DNA of 45,990 nt from a bacterium (lineage in GTDB: Bacteria > Arandabacterota > Arandabacteria > Arandabacterales > JALGWA01), in contig JASFEA010000006.1 in the NCBI GenBank assembly GCA_050125095.1, positions 1 to 45,990 of the forward strand. Direction: 5' to 3'. Below are positions 26,787-36,585 of this stretch, in pieces. Below the pieces are notes generated by a model that was not told the DNA's origin, did no database searches, and saw only the letters and a list, made by a program, of their open reading frames with translations. The translations under genes were made by a program, and so were the position numbers. The stretch's first letter is position 1, and each line of letters starts with the position of its first letter.

Positions 26787-29066
26787 TCACTCCAGCTCTA
26801 TCCTGATGATGCCGCTTTCCTCGTTCAGGACGATGGGCGCCGACCGTCCCGTCGTTGAGTAGGCCTCTACGGTGTGGTCGGTCTTCTCCATCATCATAAG
26901 CGAGAGACTGCCTGAATCGTCCGTCATGACTTCGAGCGCGCCGTCTACGATGACCAGGGCATCAGCCGCGGGTTCGCCCCCCTCGGTCACCTCCAGGTCC
27001 GCGGAGAAAGTGCTCCGGGCGTCGACCCCGCGAAAGGCGATCACCGCAAGGAACAGCGCATATGCTCTCCTCCATATCTTGGCTATGTCTGTCAGTTCCT
27101 CTTCGCCTTGCATGGTCCGGGGGGCGGTGTATATCACCTGAATCGCAGGGCAGCTCGTCTGCTGCACCAGGTAGTTGGCAGTTGCGCCCGTCATCGCGGT
27201 GTCGCCGGTCAGGCTCTCGAAATAGGTCTTTGTTAAGCCCGCCATCTCGATCCCGCGCTGGCTGTTGTGATAATGGCCTATCCTCGCCGCGTTCTCGGGG
27301 CCGGGCGCGTGGCCGATGGTTATGAAAAGGTCCGAACCGGCTGCTTCGTTCGCGCGCACGCGTTCTTCGGGAGTCATCCGCACGTCGTCCCGCCGCGTGA
27401 GGCGGGCTTCGATCCCGGCGCCCGTCAGGAGATGCGCGGTCTTCAACGCAACTGCAAGATTGAGGTCGGAGGCCTTGTTGCCGGCCGGTCCTATATATCC
27501 CGACTCTCCGCCTCCGCCCGCCGGGTCTATGGTCACGACCGTAGCCGGGGGCAGACCCGCGTAGAGGCGCTCAATCTCCGCCACGGGCGCCTCGTCCGGG
27601 CGCACCCAGAAGTAGGTCTTCTTGTAGCCCCTCCTGGTGATTTCCAGGCCGGTCGCGCCATCGGGCGCGCCCACCGCGAAGAACCCGTGCTTGTCGGTAA
27701 CGGCAGACTCTCCGGAGTCGGGCTCGATGACCATCGCGCCCTCGACCGGTTTGCCTTCGGCGTCCGTCACGAAGCCCGAGACCATGTCCGGCCCCGCCCC
27801 GTCGTTGAGCTTGAGGTCACCCGGCACTCCGCCGCATACCGCGGCGATATAAGTCCTGTCGTAACTCAACTCCCTTCCCACGAAGACCGAGGCTCTTCCG
27901 CCCGACGTCAGCCTGTCGGCCGTGCCGCCGTCCCAGATGAACTCCACCGTGGTCGAATCCGCCACCGGGTTGGCGTTCGCGTCGAGGACTATGGCGCTGA
28001 CTTTCTGCGGGTAGGGCGGATTCGGCCTCGCGGGCTCTCTGGTGACCGTAACGATCGCCGGCTTGAGCGACACATGGAACGATGTCCGCGCTTCCCGTGA
28101 TGAATTGCCTCCGATACCTCTTGCAGAGGCCGTGGCGACATGCCAGCCCCCGGCAAGATGCGTTGCCGGAAAGGCTATGAACTTCCCGGGTTCGAGGCTC
28201 GATACGTCGAGGTCTTCACCGTCAAGGGCGATCCTCACTGTCGACGCGTCAACGGCTGTCCCGGTTCCGAATGCGACTTCGATCCGCGGCCTGCTTTCAC
28301 TTGTTTCAGCCTGCGGCCTGAATTCGGCGACCCGGGGAACGCCCCGCGAGAAGTAGTCGAGCAGACCCAGGAAGTAAGACTCGGCCTCCAGCCTCTGCTT
28401 CTCGGCGAGCTTCAGCTTGTTCTCGACAACGGGGTTGGTGAGGTAGGAGGGTTCGCAGAGGATTGAAGGGGAAGGCGAGTTCCTCAGGACGTAGTAGTTG
28501 CCGGGAAGCACCCTGCAGTCGGGTTCTCCGAGGTTGAGCAGAAGATGCTTCGCCATTATGCGCGCCACGTCAAGCGACGGACCGCTGTCGTCGAGTTTGT
28601 GATATATCTGAATCTGGTTAAACGTCGAGTCGCCGCCCGGCTCCGCATTGTGATGCAGGGAGATGAAAATGTCGGGGTCGACCTGTTCGGCCGTGTCCAC
28701 GCGCGCCTTGAGATCCCGGCGCAGCGCGAGCGAATCGCCTTCTACGAAATCCCGGTCGGTGGTCCTGGTAAGCGTGACGTCGGCGCCCGCCTCGTCGAGC
28801 AGGCCCCAGAGATAGAGGGCCACCCCGAGATTGACGTCGGATTCCTTCAGCCCGCCGATTCCGACGGCGCCCGGGAATACCCCGCCGTGCCCGGGATCGA
28901 TCACTATCCTCCGGCCCTCGAGGGCGGACATGTCAACGCCCTCGATGGGCTCCCCGCGGCGCTCGTAGAGTTTCTTCAGACTTGGTTCGGGCGGCTTTCG
29001 CGCGCAGCTGAGCGCGACTGCCGCCAGCAGGAATGCGCATAAGAAGCACAAGCGAGTTGATCTCAC
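26787..29066 (-). CDS. Lipoprotein N-acetylmuramoyl-L-alanine amidase with a second, degenerate amidase_3 domain
   Basis: Lipobox ALSC; IDPGHGG..ESDVNL..SLHHNA..LCEPSY; second domain IDPAGGG..ASDLNL; GTG 29066 after AAAGGAGA. Confidence 0.85.
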   Translation of the reverse strand: MRSTRLCFLCAFLLAAVALSCARKPPEPSLKKLYERRGEPIEGVDMSALEGRRIVIDPGHGGVFPGAVGIGGLKESDVNLGVALYLWGLLDEAGADVTLTRTTDRDFVEGDSLALRRDLKARVDTAEQVDPDIFISLHHNAEPGGDSTFNQIQIYHKLDDSGPSLDVARIMAKHLLLNLGEPDCRVLPGNYYVLRNSPSPSILCEPSYLTNPVVENKLKLAEKQRLEAESYFLGLLDYFSRGVPRVAEFRPQAETSESRPRIEVAFGTGTAVDASTVRIALDGEDLDVSSLEPGKFIAFPATHLAGGWHVATASARGIGGNSSREARTSFHVSLKPAIVTVTREPARPNPPYPQKVSAIVLDANANPVADSTTVEFIWDGGTADRLTSGGRASVFVGRELSYDRTYIAAVCGGVPGDLKLNDGAGPDMVSGFVTDAEGKPVEGAMVIEPDSGESAVTDKHGFFAVGAPDGATGLEITRRGYKKTYFWVRPDEAPVAEIERLYAGLPPATVVTIDPAGGGGESGYIGPAGNKASDLNLAVALKTAHLLTGAGIEARLTRRDDVRMTPEERVRANEAAGSDLFITIGHAPGPENAARIGHYHNSQRGIEMAGLTKTYFESLTGDTAMTGATANYLVQQTSCPAIQVIYTAPRTMQGEEELTDIAKIWRRAYALFLAVIAFRGVDARSTFSADLEVTEGGEPAADALVIVDGALEVMTDDSGSLSLMMMEKTDHTVEAYSTTGRSAPIVLNEESGIIRIELE

Positions 29067-29104
29067 GGCACGTTCTCCTTTTCGGGCCATAAGCTTACCT
29101 GCTT

Positions 29105-29185
29105 ATTATCAGAAGCACGTCTATATATTCAACACAATTTATTGTCCTGTATTGACTTGACTGATATGCCCCGTTTTGCTATTTT
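29105..29185. promoter_or_regulatory. Divergent promoter region between amidase and selA
   Basis: Plus strand TTGACT(29157)-17-TATTTT(29180) with a TG extension; minus strand TTGAAT-16-GATAAT; AT-rich. Confidence 0.55.
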
Positions 29186-29202
29186 GGCCTAAACTATAGG
29201 AG

Positions 29203-30630
29203 ATGTTGGTGGAAGATAGGCAGGAATTACTGCGTAGCTTGCCATCTGTCGAAGTCGTGGTCGAGAAGCTCGAGAGGAGTCCCGATGCCTCCAGCCATCC
29301 GAGACAGGTCATGGTGAACGCCGCGCGTGAAGTCGTTTCCGAACTCAGGCGGGGCATTCTCGACGGCTCAGTAAGAGAGGCGCCCGGAGAGAAAGGCGTT
29401 CTCGAGAGAGTCCGCATCAGGCTGGAAGAGTCTAGTCTCAAGGGAATACGCAGGATCATCAACGCGACGGGCGTGATCGTTCACACCAATCTGGGCCGGT
29501 CGCTGCTCGCGGAAGAGGCGCGGGTTGCGGTCGATGAGGTCATATCCTCATACGCCAGCCTCGAGATGGACCTGTTGACCGGCAAGCGCACTTCGCGAAC
29601 GGCATATGTCTGCCGCCTGCTGGCTGATCTCATCGGGTGCGGGGGCGCGCTCGTGGTGAACAACAATGCCGCGGCCGTCATGCTTGTCCTCAACACGCTT
29701 TGCAGCGGAAGAGACGTCATCGTATCGAGAGGTGAGCTCGTGGAGATCGGCGGGTCCTTCCGTCTTCCCGAAATCATAGAGAGAAGCGGCGCGACACTCG
29801 TCGAGGTGGGCACCACCAACAGGACAAGGATCGAGGACTATGAGCGCGCTGTCACCGGGCGCACGGGCGCGATCCTCAAGGTGCACCAGTCGAACTTCAT
29901 GATGTCGGGTTTCGTCGAGTCGGTTCCATGCGCCGACCTTGCGAAACTCGCCGGCGGTAAAGGACTGCTGCTCATCGACGACCTGGGGAGCGGCGCGCTT
30001 TACGACTTCTCCGACCTGGGGATAGGGAGAGAACCTCTTCCGCAGGACTCCTTGAGGAGCGGCGCGCAGCTTGTGACTTTCAGCGGCGACAAACTCATGG
30101 GCGGCCCGCAGGCCGGTATAGTGGCGGGAGAGGGCGACCTGGTTGAGAAGTGCAGGCAAAACCCGATGGCGCGCGCCTTAAGGGTGGACAAAGTGACTCT
30201 CGCCGCGCTGCAGGCCACACTGATGCTGTATCTGGATCCGGAGCGCCTCATCGAGCGCCTGCCGACCCTCAAAATGATAGCGATGCCCGCGGAGGAGATA
30301 AAGAAGCGGGCTGAAAGGGTCGCGGCAGCTATTTCGCGCGAAGCGGGGGATACAGCGGCGATAAGCGTCGCCGAGGACGAGTCGCGCATCGGAGGGGGAG
30401 CGCTCCCCGGAAGCGCGATCCCGACATACGTTGTGGTGATATCCCCGCGGCAGATCTCCGCGGACGACTTCGTTTTCAGGCTGAGAAAATGCCAAGTGCA
30501 CGTCATCGGAAGGATCTCCGAAGACAGGGCACTCCTGGACCTAAGAACGGTAGATCCGTCGGAAGACGATTTGATAATAGAGTCTATTAACGGCATATTC
30601 GCTCGTATCAGAGACGACGAGAGGAGCTGA
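29203..30630 (+). CDS. selA: L-seryl-tRNA(Sec) selenium transferase
   Basis: INATGVIVHTNLGRS, VNNNAAAV, SRGELVEIGGSFR, EVGTTNRT, FSGDKLMGGPQAG (PLP lysine). Confidence 0.96.
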   Translation: MLVEDRQELLRSLPSVEVVVEKLERSPDASSHPRQVMVNAAREVVSELRRGILDGSVREAPGEKGVLERVRIRLEESSLKGIRRIINATGVIVHTNLGRSLLAEEARVAVDEVISSYASLEMDLLTGKRTSRTAYVCRLLADLIGCGGALVVNNNAAAVMLVLNTLCSGRDVIVSRGELVEIGGSFRLPEIIERSGATLVEVGTTNRTRIEDYERAVTGRTGAILKVHQSNFMMSGFVESVPCADLAKLAGGKGLLLIDDLGSGALYDFSDLGIGREPLPQDSLRSGAQLVTFSGDKLMGGPQAGIVAGEGDLVEKCRQNPMARALRVDKVTLAALQATLMLYLDPERLIERLPTLKMIAMPAEEIKKRAERVAAAISREAGDTAAISVAEDESRIGGGALPGSAIPTYVVVISPRQISADDFVFRLRKCQVHVIGRISEDRALLDLRTVDPSEDDLIIESINGIFARIRDDERS

Positions 30631-30636
30631 TTCTAA

Positions 30637-33600
30637 TTGTATGTAAGCAAGATCGAGATGACCGGCTTCAAATCATTCGCCGACAAGATCGTTCTCGACC
30701 TGGAGCCTTGCATCACCGCAGTAATAGGGCCCAACGGATGCGGCAAGACGAATGTCTGCGACGCCATTCGCTGGGTTATGGGTGAAGACAACGTCAGGCT
30801 CCTGAGGGGAACGAGGGTTGAAGACGTCATCTTTGCGGGGACGGAGCTGCGCAAACCCACGGGGATGGCAGAGGTCACCCTGACGCTGTCGGATGTCCAG
30901 GGAGTGCTTCCAGTGGAGTACGACGAGGTGACCGTGGCCAGAAGGGCTTTCAGGTCGGGCGAGAGCCAGTTCTTCATAAACAAGGTACCTTGCAGACTCA
31001 AGGACATAGTCACGCTCTTCCTGGGAACCGGCATGGGCCGCCGGGCTTATTCGGTCATGGAAAGGGAGATGATCGACTGGATCCTCGAGGACACCGGCGG
31101 GCAGAGGAGAAAGATCATCGAGGAGGCGGCCGGCATAAGCAAGTACAAGATGCGCCGCAAGGAGACCCGGAACAAGCTGGATCTCACGCAGCGGGATCTC
31201 AACCGTGTCGAGGACCTGATAAGCGAAGTGGCCAGGAGAGTAAGGCATCTTTCCAGGCAGGCAGCCAAGGCCAGGCGTTATGATCGCCTGTCGAAGCGCA
31301 TAAGGGAAGTGGGCGTTTACGCGGCGGCCAGGGAATATGACGGTATGGAAAAGAAGCTGTCCGAGCTCAAGAGGCAGACGGTCAACGCCGAGACGGAGAT
31401 CTCGTCCAGGGCCGGGAGCATCGACCTCCTCGAGTCGGAGATCGAGAGCAAGCGGCTTGAGATAATCGAGTCCGAGAAGGAAGTCAATGAGGTTGGCAAA
31501 AGAGTCGCGGCGGTCAACGGCAAGCTCCAGGAGGCTGAGAACGAGAAGATAGTCATCAGGGAGAGAATGCGCGCCCTCAAGGACAAGTTGGAAGAGATAG
31601 AAGCGCAGAAGTCCCAGAAGCGGCAGGCCGTCGAGTCGAGGAGCATGGAGCTCAATGCGGCCTCGGAGGAGATCAAGGCGGGCTCAGAGGCGATCCAGGC
31701 GAAGACCGCCGAACTCTCGGCCCTTGAGGGTGAGTTTACGGAAGCCGGCGGTAGGCTCGAAGCCCTTCGCGAGAAGTCCATGGCTTTCGCGCGGGAGAAG
31801 CTCCAGAACATCCAGGCCGAGATCGACGCGGCGTCCAGCCTTACCGAGGTTCGTTCGAAGCAGGCCCATGTCTCGGAGCTCATCGCGAAGCTCGAGGCCA
31901 AGGAGTCGGGGATAGCGGGCGACCTGGAAGCGCTGAGTGCCGACGTGGCCTCCATTGAATCTGAGGCTTCCGCTCTCAGGTCGGAGTGCGAGTCCGGCAG
32001 GGAGGAAGTATCGGACATCGCGAACCTTGTCACGGAGCTCAGCTCCCGGGTGGGCTCGATAAGGGAGGAGCGTGCGAGACTCGCGGAGGAAGCTGCGAAG
32101 GCCTCCTCGAGAAGCGACCTCTTCAAAGAACTCGTCGAACGTTATGAAGGATACGAAGGCGGCGTGAAGACCCTGATGGAGACCGGCAAGAACTCGGCGG
32201 CGGTTCACGGCGTCGTGGGCGACCTGGTAAAATGCCGCGATGAGAAGTACGAGCCAGCGGTCGTTGCCGCGCTGTCCAACGCGCTTCAGTATGTAGTAGT
32301 CGAGGGCAAGAGCCATGCCATCGAGTCTGTGAACCTTCTCAAGAACGCGGGCCGCGGGTCTGCAACCATGGTAATGCTTGACAGCGTGCCCGGGAGAACC
32401 GGGAGAACCGTTGTCGAATCCGGAAGGCCGGGAGTTCTGGGCCGGGTCTCCGACTACGTTGAGTGCGAGGAGAAGTATCGGTCTCTGATAGACTATCTGC
32501 TGGGTAACGTCGTCATAGTGGATGATCTGGACAGCGCCTTTTCTCTGTCGGAGGGCGACGGCGACGGCATCGCCGGTTTTGTAACGCCCGAGGGCGACGC
32601 TCTTTTCGGGCGCCATATAGTCAGAGCCGGGTCGGACGGTCATTCCCCCAATGTTCTCATCGGGAGGCAGGACAAAGTCCGCCAGTTCTCAGAAGAGGCG
32701 ACATCGCTTATCAGGCTCGCAGAGGAACAGCGGAAGGCCTTTGAGGAGCTCAGCGCGAGCCTTGAGGACCTCAGGACGAAACAGGTCGAGAAGCAGGAGT
32801 CCTGCGATAGACTCGAGAAGGCGCTGACGGAGAAGGAGAAACTGCTGGGCGGCAGAATATCGGAGCTGAATTCGCGCCGGACAGCGAGGTCGGAGGTGGC
32901 CAGGGAGATAAATGACCTGCGCGAGACGCTTGCGGACGTCGAGAAGCAGGTGGCGCATTTCACCGGCCCCGGCGGGCAGATACGGGAGACACAGCCCGGC
33001 CTGTTCGATTCCTCTGCAGAGGAATCCGAGCTGAGCGCGAAGGTCACGGGCCTGAGGGCAAATGTCAAGCAGACCGGCGAGGAGTTGCACGGCCTCAAGT
33101 CCAGGAAGGCGCTTCTCGAGGCCAAGGTCGAGAGACTGAACCTCGAGATAGAGGCGCTCGAGCGGGAGATAGAGGAGCTCGAGGGTGCGGCTGGCGAGCT
33201 CGTCGGGGACCTGGAGGAGTTCGACCGGAAAGACAGGGTAGTGGGAAGCAGGATAAACGAACTCATGACGGACGCGGAAGGCGTGGACAGGGAACGTCAT
33301 GACGTCGTGGAGAAGAAGCGCGGCATAGAGAATGAGATAGACGAATCGCGCAGGAAGATCAAGGAACTCTCTCATGAGAGGGAAGCGCTTTTTGAGAAGA
33401 AGCAGGCTGTGGAGACCGAAGCCAATCTGGTTCAGGTGAAGAGGGAAACCCTGAGGGAGAGGACTCTGGAGGAGTATGACACGGATATCTCCACGGTGGA
33501 TTTCGCCATTCTCGATGAGATAGAGAACTACCGGCAAGAGCTTGAGGATCTCAAGCGACACATCAAGGGACTCGGGCCGGTCAACCTTATTGCGCTCGAG

Positions 33601-34203
33601 GAGTTCGACACCGAGAAGGATAGACTGGACTTTCTCGAGTCGCAGCGGGACGACCTGGTCAAGGCGCGCCAGAGCCTTGATGAGGCCATAATACAGATAA
33701 ACAGGAAGGCGCGAGCCGAGTTCGTCGAGATATTCGAGATAGTGCGCAAGGACTTCCGCAAGAACTTCCAGACGCTTTTCGAGGGCGGCGATGCGGACCT
33801 GAGGCTCGCCGACGACAACGATCCCCTGGAGTCGCCGGTGGAGATACTCGCGCGGCCGGGGGGCAAGAAGCTCGAGCATATATCGCTTCTGTCGGGAGGC
33901 GAGCGCGCGCTGACGGCGATAGCCTTCCTGTTCGCGGTCTACCACACCAGGCCGAGCCCGTTCTGTCTCCTCGATGAGGTCGATGCCCCGCTGGATGACG
34001 CGAACATCCTCAGGTTCAGGAGGATGCTGATCGACCTGTCCCGGAACACTCAGTTCATCATCGTCACACACAACAAGAAGACCATGGAGATGGCCTCCTG
34101 CCTGTATGGTGTGACTATGGAGGAGCCGGGCGTTTCCAAGCTCGTTTCGGTGAGGATTGACCGCGAGCGCGAGGAATCGGAAGAGCCGGCTCCGGTGGGA
34201 TGA
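30637..34203 (+). CDS. smc: Chromosome partition protein Smc
   Basis: GFKSF, GPNGCGKTN, coiled coils, hinge, LSGGE, LDEVDAPLD, IIVTH. Confidence 0.97.
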   Translation: MYVSKIEMTGFKSFADKIVLDLEPCITAVIGPNGCGKTNVCDAIRWVMGEDNVRLLRGTRVEDVIFAGTELRKPTGMAEVTLTLSDVQGVLPVEYDEVTVARRAFRSGESQFFINKVPCRLKDIVTLFLGTGMGRRAYSVMEREMIDWILEDTGGQRRKIIEEAAGISKYKMRRKETRNKLDLTQRDLNRVEDLISEVARRVRHLSRQAAKARRYDRLSKRIREVGVYAAAREYDGMEKKLSELKRQTVNAETEISSRAGSIDLLESEIESKRLEIIESEKEVNEVGKRVAAVNGKLQEAENEKIVIRERMRALKDKLEEIEAQKSQKRQAVESRSMELNAASEEIKAGSEAIQAKTAELSALEGEFTEAGGRLEALREKSMAFAREKLQNIQAEIDAASSLTEVRSKQAHVSELIAKLEAKESGIAGDLEALSADVASIESEASALRSECESGREEVSDIANLVTELSSRVGSIREERARLAEEAAKASSRSDLFKELVERYEGYEGGVKTLMETGKNSAAVHGVVGDLVKCRDEKYEPAVVAALSNALQYVVVEGKSHAIESVNLLKNAGRGSATMVMLDSVPGRTGRTVVESGRPGVLGRVSDYVECEEKYRSLIDYLLGNVVIVDDLDSAFSLSEGDGDGIAGFVTPEGDALFGRHIVRAGSDGHSPNVLIGRQDKVRQFSEEATSLIRLAEEQRKAFEELSASLEDLRTKQVEKQESCDRLEKALTEKEKLLGGRISELNSRRTARSEVAREINDLRETLADVEKQVAHFTGPGGQIRETQPGLFDSSAEESELSAKVTGLRANVKQTGEELHGLKSRKALLEAKVERLNLEIEALEREIEELEGAAGELVGDLEEFDRKDRVVGSRINELMTDAEGVDRERHDVVEKKRGIENEIDESRRKIKELSHEREALFEKKQAVETEANLVQVKRETLRERTLEEYDTDISTVDFAILDEIENYRQELEDLKRHIKGLGPVNLIALEEFDTEKDRLDFLESQRDDLVKARQSLDEAIIQINRKARAEFVEIFEIVRKDFRKNFQTLFEGGDADLRLADDNDPLESPVEILARPGGKKLEHISLLSGGERALTAIAFLFAVYHTRPSPFCLLDEVDAPLDDANILRFRRMLIDLSRNTQFIIVTHNKKTMEMASCLYGVTMEEPGVSKLVSVRIDREREESEEPAPVG

Positions 34204-34215
34204 GGGAAGTGGCAG

Positions 34216-35154
34216 GTGGGCAATCTCTTTTCGCGCAGGATCGAGTCCCTCAAGAAGGGCCTCAGGCGGAGCCGGGAGGCATTCTCCGGCGGCATCTCCA
34301 GGATTGTCGGCGGCGGAAGTGATCGCGAAGAAACGCTGGATGAAATCGAGGAGCTGCTTATTGGCGCCGACCTCGGCGTCAGGACGGCGACCGGTATTGT
34401 CGACGGCGTCAGGGAGTCCGGGGAGAGCCTGACCGCGGACCTCGTGAGGTCGGCGATCCGCCAGGAGCTCATCAGCGTTCTCACGGCGGTACCCAGACCG
34501 GATATCCATATCACCCGCAAGCCTCATGTCATCATGATGGTCGGTGTCAACGGCACCGGCAAGACCACTACAATCGCAAAGCTCGCGCACAGGTACGGGG
34601 CCGAGGGCAAGTCGGTACTGCTGGCCGCGGCCGATACCTTCAGGGCGGCGGCGATAGAACAGCTCGAGGTATGGGCCGGCCGGCTGGGCGTCAATGTGGT
34701 TAAGCACAAGCCGGGTGCGGATGCGGCCTCGGTGGCCTATGACGCATGCGAGGCGGCCAGGGCCCGGGGAGTCGACGTGCTCATCATAGACACGGCCGGC
34801 AGGCTACAGACCAAGCGCAACCTCATGGCGGAAGTTCAGAAGATCGTGCGCGTGGTAGGTAAGGTCGTAGACGGAGCGCCACATGAGGTGCTCCTGGTGC
34901 TGGACGCGACGACGGGACAGAACGCGCTATCGCAGGCGGGCTCTTTCGCGGAAGCCTGCGGGGTCACCGGTATTGTCATGGCCAAGATAGACGGCACTGC
35001 CAAGGGCGGCATAGTGGTCGCCATCGCCAAGGAGCACAATATCCCCATCCTCTATGTCGGGACGGGAGAGAAGCCGGAGGATCTGGCCGATTTCGAGCCC
35101 GGGCCCTTCGTCGACGCGCTCATGGGGGTCGAGGCGGACGGAGTAGGGGATTGA
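34216..35154 (+). CDS. ftsY: Signal recognition particle receptor FtsY
   Basis: GVNGTGKTTTIAKLA, DTFRAAA, DTAGR, DATTGQNA, KIDGTAKGG. Confidence 0.97.
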   Translation: MGNLFSRRIESLKKGLRRSREAFSGGISRIVGGGSDREETLDEIEELLIGADLGVRTATGIVDGVRESGESLTADLVRSAIRQELISVLTAVPRPDIHITRKPHVIMMVGVNGTGKTTTIAKLAHRYGAEGKSVLLAAADTFRAAAIEQLEVWAGRLGVNVVKHKPGADAASVAYDACEAARARGVDVLIIDTAGRLQTKRNLMAEVQKIVRVVGKVVDGAPHEVLLVLDATTGQNALSQAGSFAEACGVTGIVMAKIDGTAKGGIVVAIAKEHNIPILYVGTGEKPEDLADFEPGPFVDALMGVEADGVGD

Positions 35155-35204
35155 GTCGGCGGTCGGAGTCGGCGGTTGGAGGGGATGAGCCCGGTTGAGT
35201 TGAA

Positions 35205-35228
35205 TGTGCATTTCAAGACCTGACCCCA
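35205..35228. repeat. Second copy of the dispersed intergenic repeat TGTGCATT.C.AGACCTGACCCCA
   Basis: 22/24 identity to 15476-15499. Confidence 0.65.
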
Positions 35229-35234
35229 ATGAGC

Positions 35235-35263
35235 TTGACCGGGGTCCCGGTTTTTGCTAAATT
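35235..35263 (+). promoter_or_regulatory. Promoter of the rib operon
   Basis: TTGACC-17-TAAATT with TG extension, just upstream of the riboswitch. Confidence 0.6.
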
Positions 35264-35280
35264 CCATTCGAAGGAAATAA

Positions 35281-35394
35281 GAGCCTTCGGGGCGGGGTGA
35301 GATTCCCCACCGGCGGTAAAAGCCCGCGAGCGGCGTAAGCCGCAGATCCGGTGGAAATCCGGAGCCGACGGTAGAGTCCGGATGAGAGAAGGTT
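35281..35394 (+). ncRNA. FMN riboswitch (RFN element)
   Basis: CTTCGGGGCGGGGTGAGATTCCCCACCGGCGGT..AGCCCGCGA..GCAGATCCGGTGGAAATCCGGAGCCGACGGT.AGTCCGGATGAGAGAAGG, upstream of ribD. Confidence 0.96.
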
Positions 35395-35413
35395 TTGATA
35401 TTGTGCTTGTTTG

Positions 35414-35443
35414 ACCCGAAGGCGTGCTTCGGGTTTTTGTTTT
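35414..35443 (+). terminator. Intrinsic terminator of the FMN riboswitch expression platform
   Basis: ACCCGAAG-GCGTG-CTTCGGGT hairpin followed by TTTTGTTT. Confidence 0.85.
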
Positions 35444-35455
35444 TGAGGGTGCGAT

Positions 35456-36583
35456 ATGGCGAAAGCCCGGGAAGAGGCGCTGATGGCCGAGGCGCTGCGG
35501 CTGGCTGAAAAGGCGCGGGGCCTGACATACCCCAATCCGGCTGTGGGCGCGGTCGTCGTGAAGGGCAACGGCGTGATCGGGCGGGGTTATCACCGGCGCT
35601 GGGGCGCGCCTCACGCAGAGGTAGTCGCCCTCAGGCAGGCGGGGAAGCGCGCCAGGGGCGGCGATCTCTTCGTCACGCTGGAGCCCTGCTGCCATTATGG
35701 GCGGACCCCGCCGTGCACGGACGCCATACTCGAGAGGGGCATCAGGCGCGTTTACGTGGCGACGCTTGACCCGAATCCTCTTGTTCGCGGGAAGGGGGTC
35801 AGGATCCTGAGGCGGGCCGGCATAGAGGTCCGCACGGGGCTCATGGGCCGGGCCGCGAGGAAACTCAACGAGTCCTACATGAAGGTCATGAAGACGGGCA
35901 GACCCTTCGTCACCGTAAAGGTGGCGGAGACCCTGGACGGCAGAATAGCCAACGCGGGCGGCGACTCCAAGTGGATCACCTCGGCGGCTTCCCGCGCCGA
36001 GGTCAAAGAGATGAGGAAGAGGAGCCAGGCGATTCTGGTCGGTGTGGGCACGGTGCTACGCGACGACCCCACGCTGCTCCCGGCTGCCGGGACCGGGGGC
36101 CGCTACATAAGATGCGTGCTGGACACAGGCCTCAGCATACCGCTGGACTCCAGGCTGGTCAGAACCGCCGCGAGCACCAGGACTGTTGTGTACTTCAACC
36201 ATGATAGGAATAAACGCTTACAACAGCTTGAAAAATATAATGTTATAGGTGTAAAGATTGGGTCCGATTCATCGCGTGCGGTGCGCATCGACCGCGTGCT
36301 CGAGCACCTGGGCCGCCTGGGCGTGCAGGACCTCATCGTGGAGGGGGGCGCCCGCGTCTTCACGTCATTCGTGCGTGAGGGCCTTGCGGACAAGCTGGTG
36401 ATTTTCGTGGCTCCGAGCATAATGGGAGGTGAGGGCACGCTGAGCTCGTTCCTTGACGTGGGCACAAGAGATGTCGGTGGTATCCGGTTCGAAGTCGACG
36501 AGGTGTCGCGGATATCGCGCGACGTCGCAATCACTCTCTATCCCGGGCGCAGGGCGAGGAGAGTGTCTGGAAAGGCGAGGTAG
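35456..36583 (+). CDS. ribD: Bifunctional pyrimidine deaminase/reductase RibD
   Basis: PNPAVGAV, HAE, TLEPCCHYGRTPPC, SKWIT, VEGGA. Confidence 0.96.
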   Translation: MAKAREEALMAEALRLAEKARGLTYPNPAVGAVVVKGNGVIGRGYHRRWGAPHAEVVALRQAGKRARGGDLFVTLEPCCHYGRTPPCTDAILERGIRRVYVATLDPNPLVRGKGVRILRRAGIEVRTGLMGRAARKLNESYMKVMKTGRPFVTVKVAETLDGRIANAGGDSKWITSAASRAEVKEMRKRSQAILVGVGTVLRDDPTLLPAAGTGGRYIRCVLDTGLSIPLDSRLVRTAASTRTVVYFNHDRNKRLQQLEKYNVIGVKIGSDSSRAVRIDRVLEHLGRLGVQDLIVEGGARVFTSFVREGLADKLVIFVAPSIMGGEGTLSSFLDVGTRDVGGIRFEVDEVSRISRDVAITLYPGRRARRVSGKAR

Positions 36584-36585
36584 GT

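Noticed and set aside
32689-34707. Long antisense ORFs (672 aa here; also 42795-44645, 20143-21423, 36538-37788)
   Set aside because: They shadow well-supported plus-strand genes in GC-rich DNA and have no recognisable motifs
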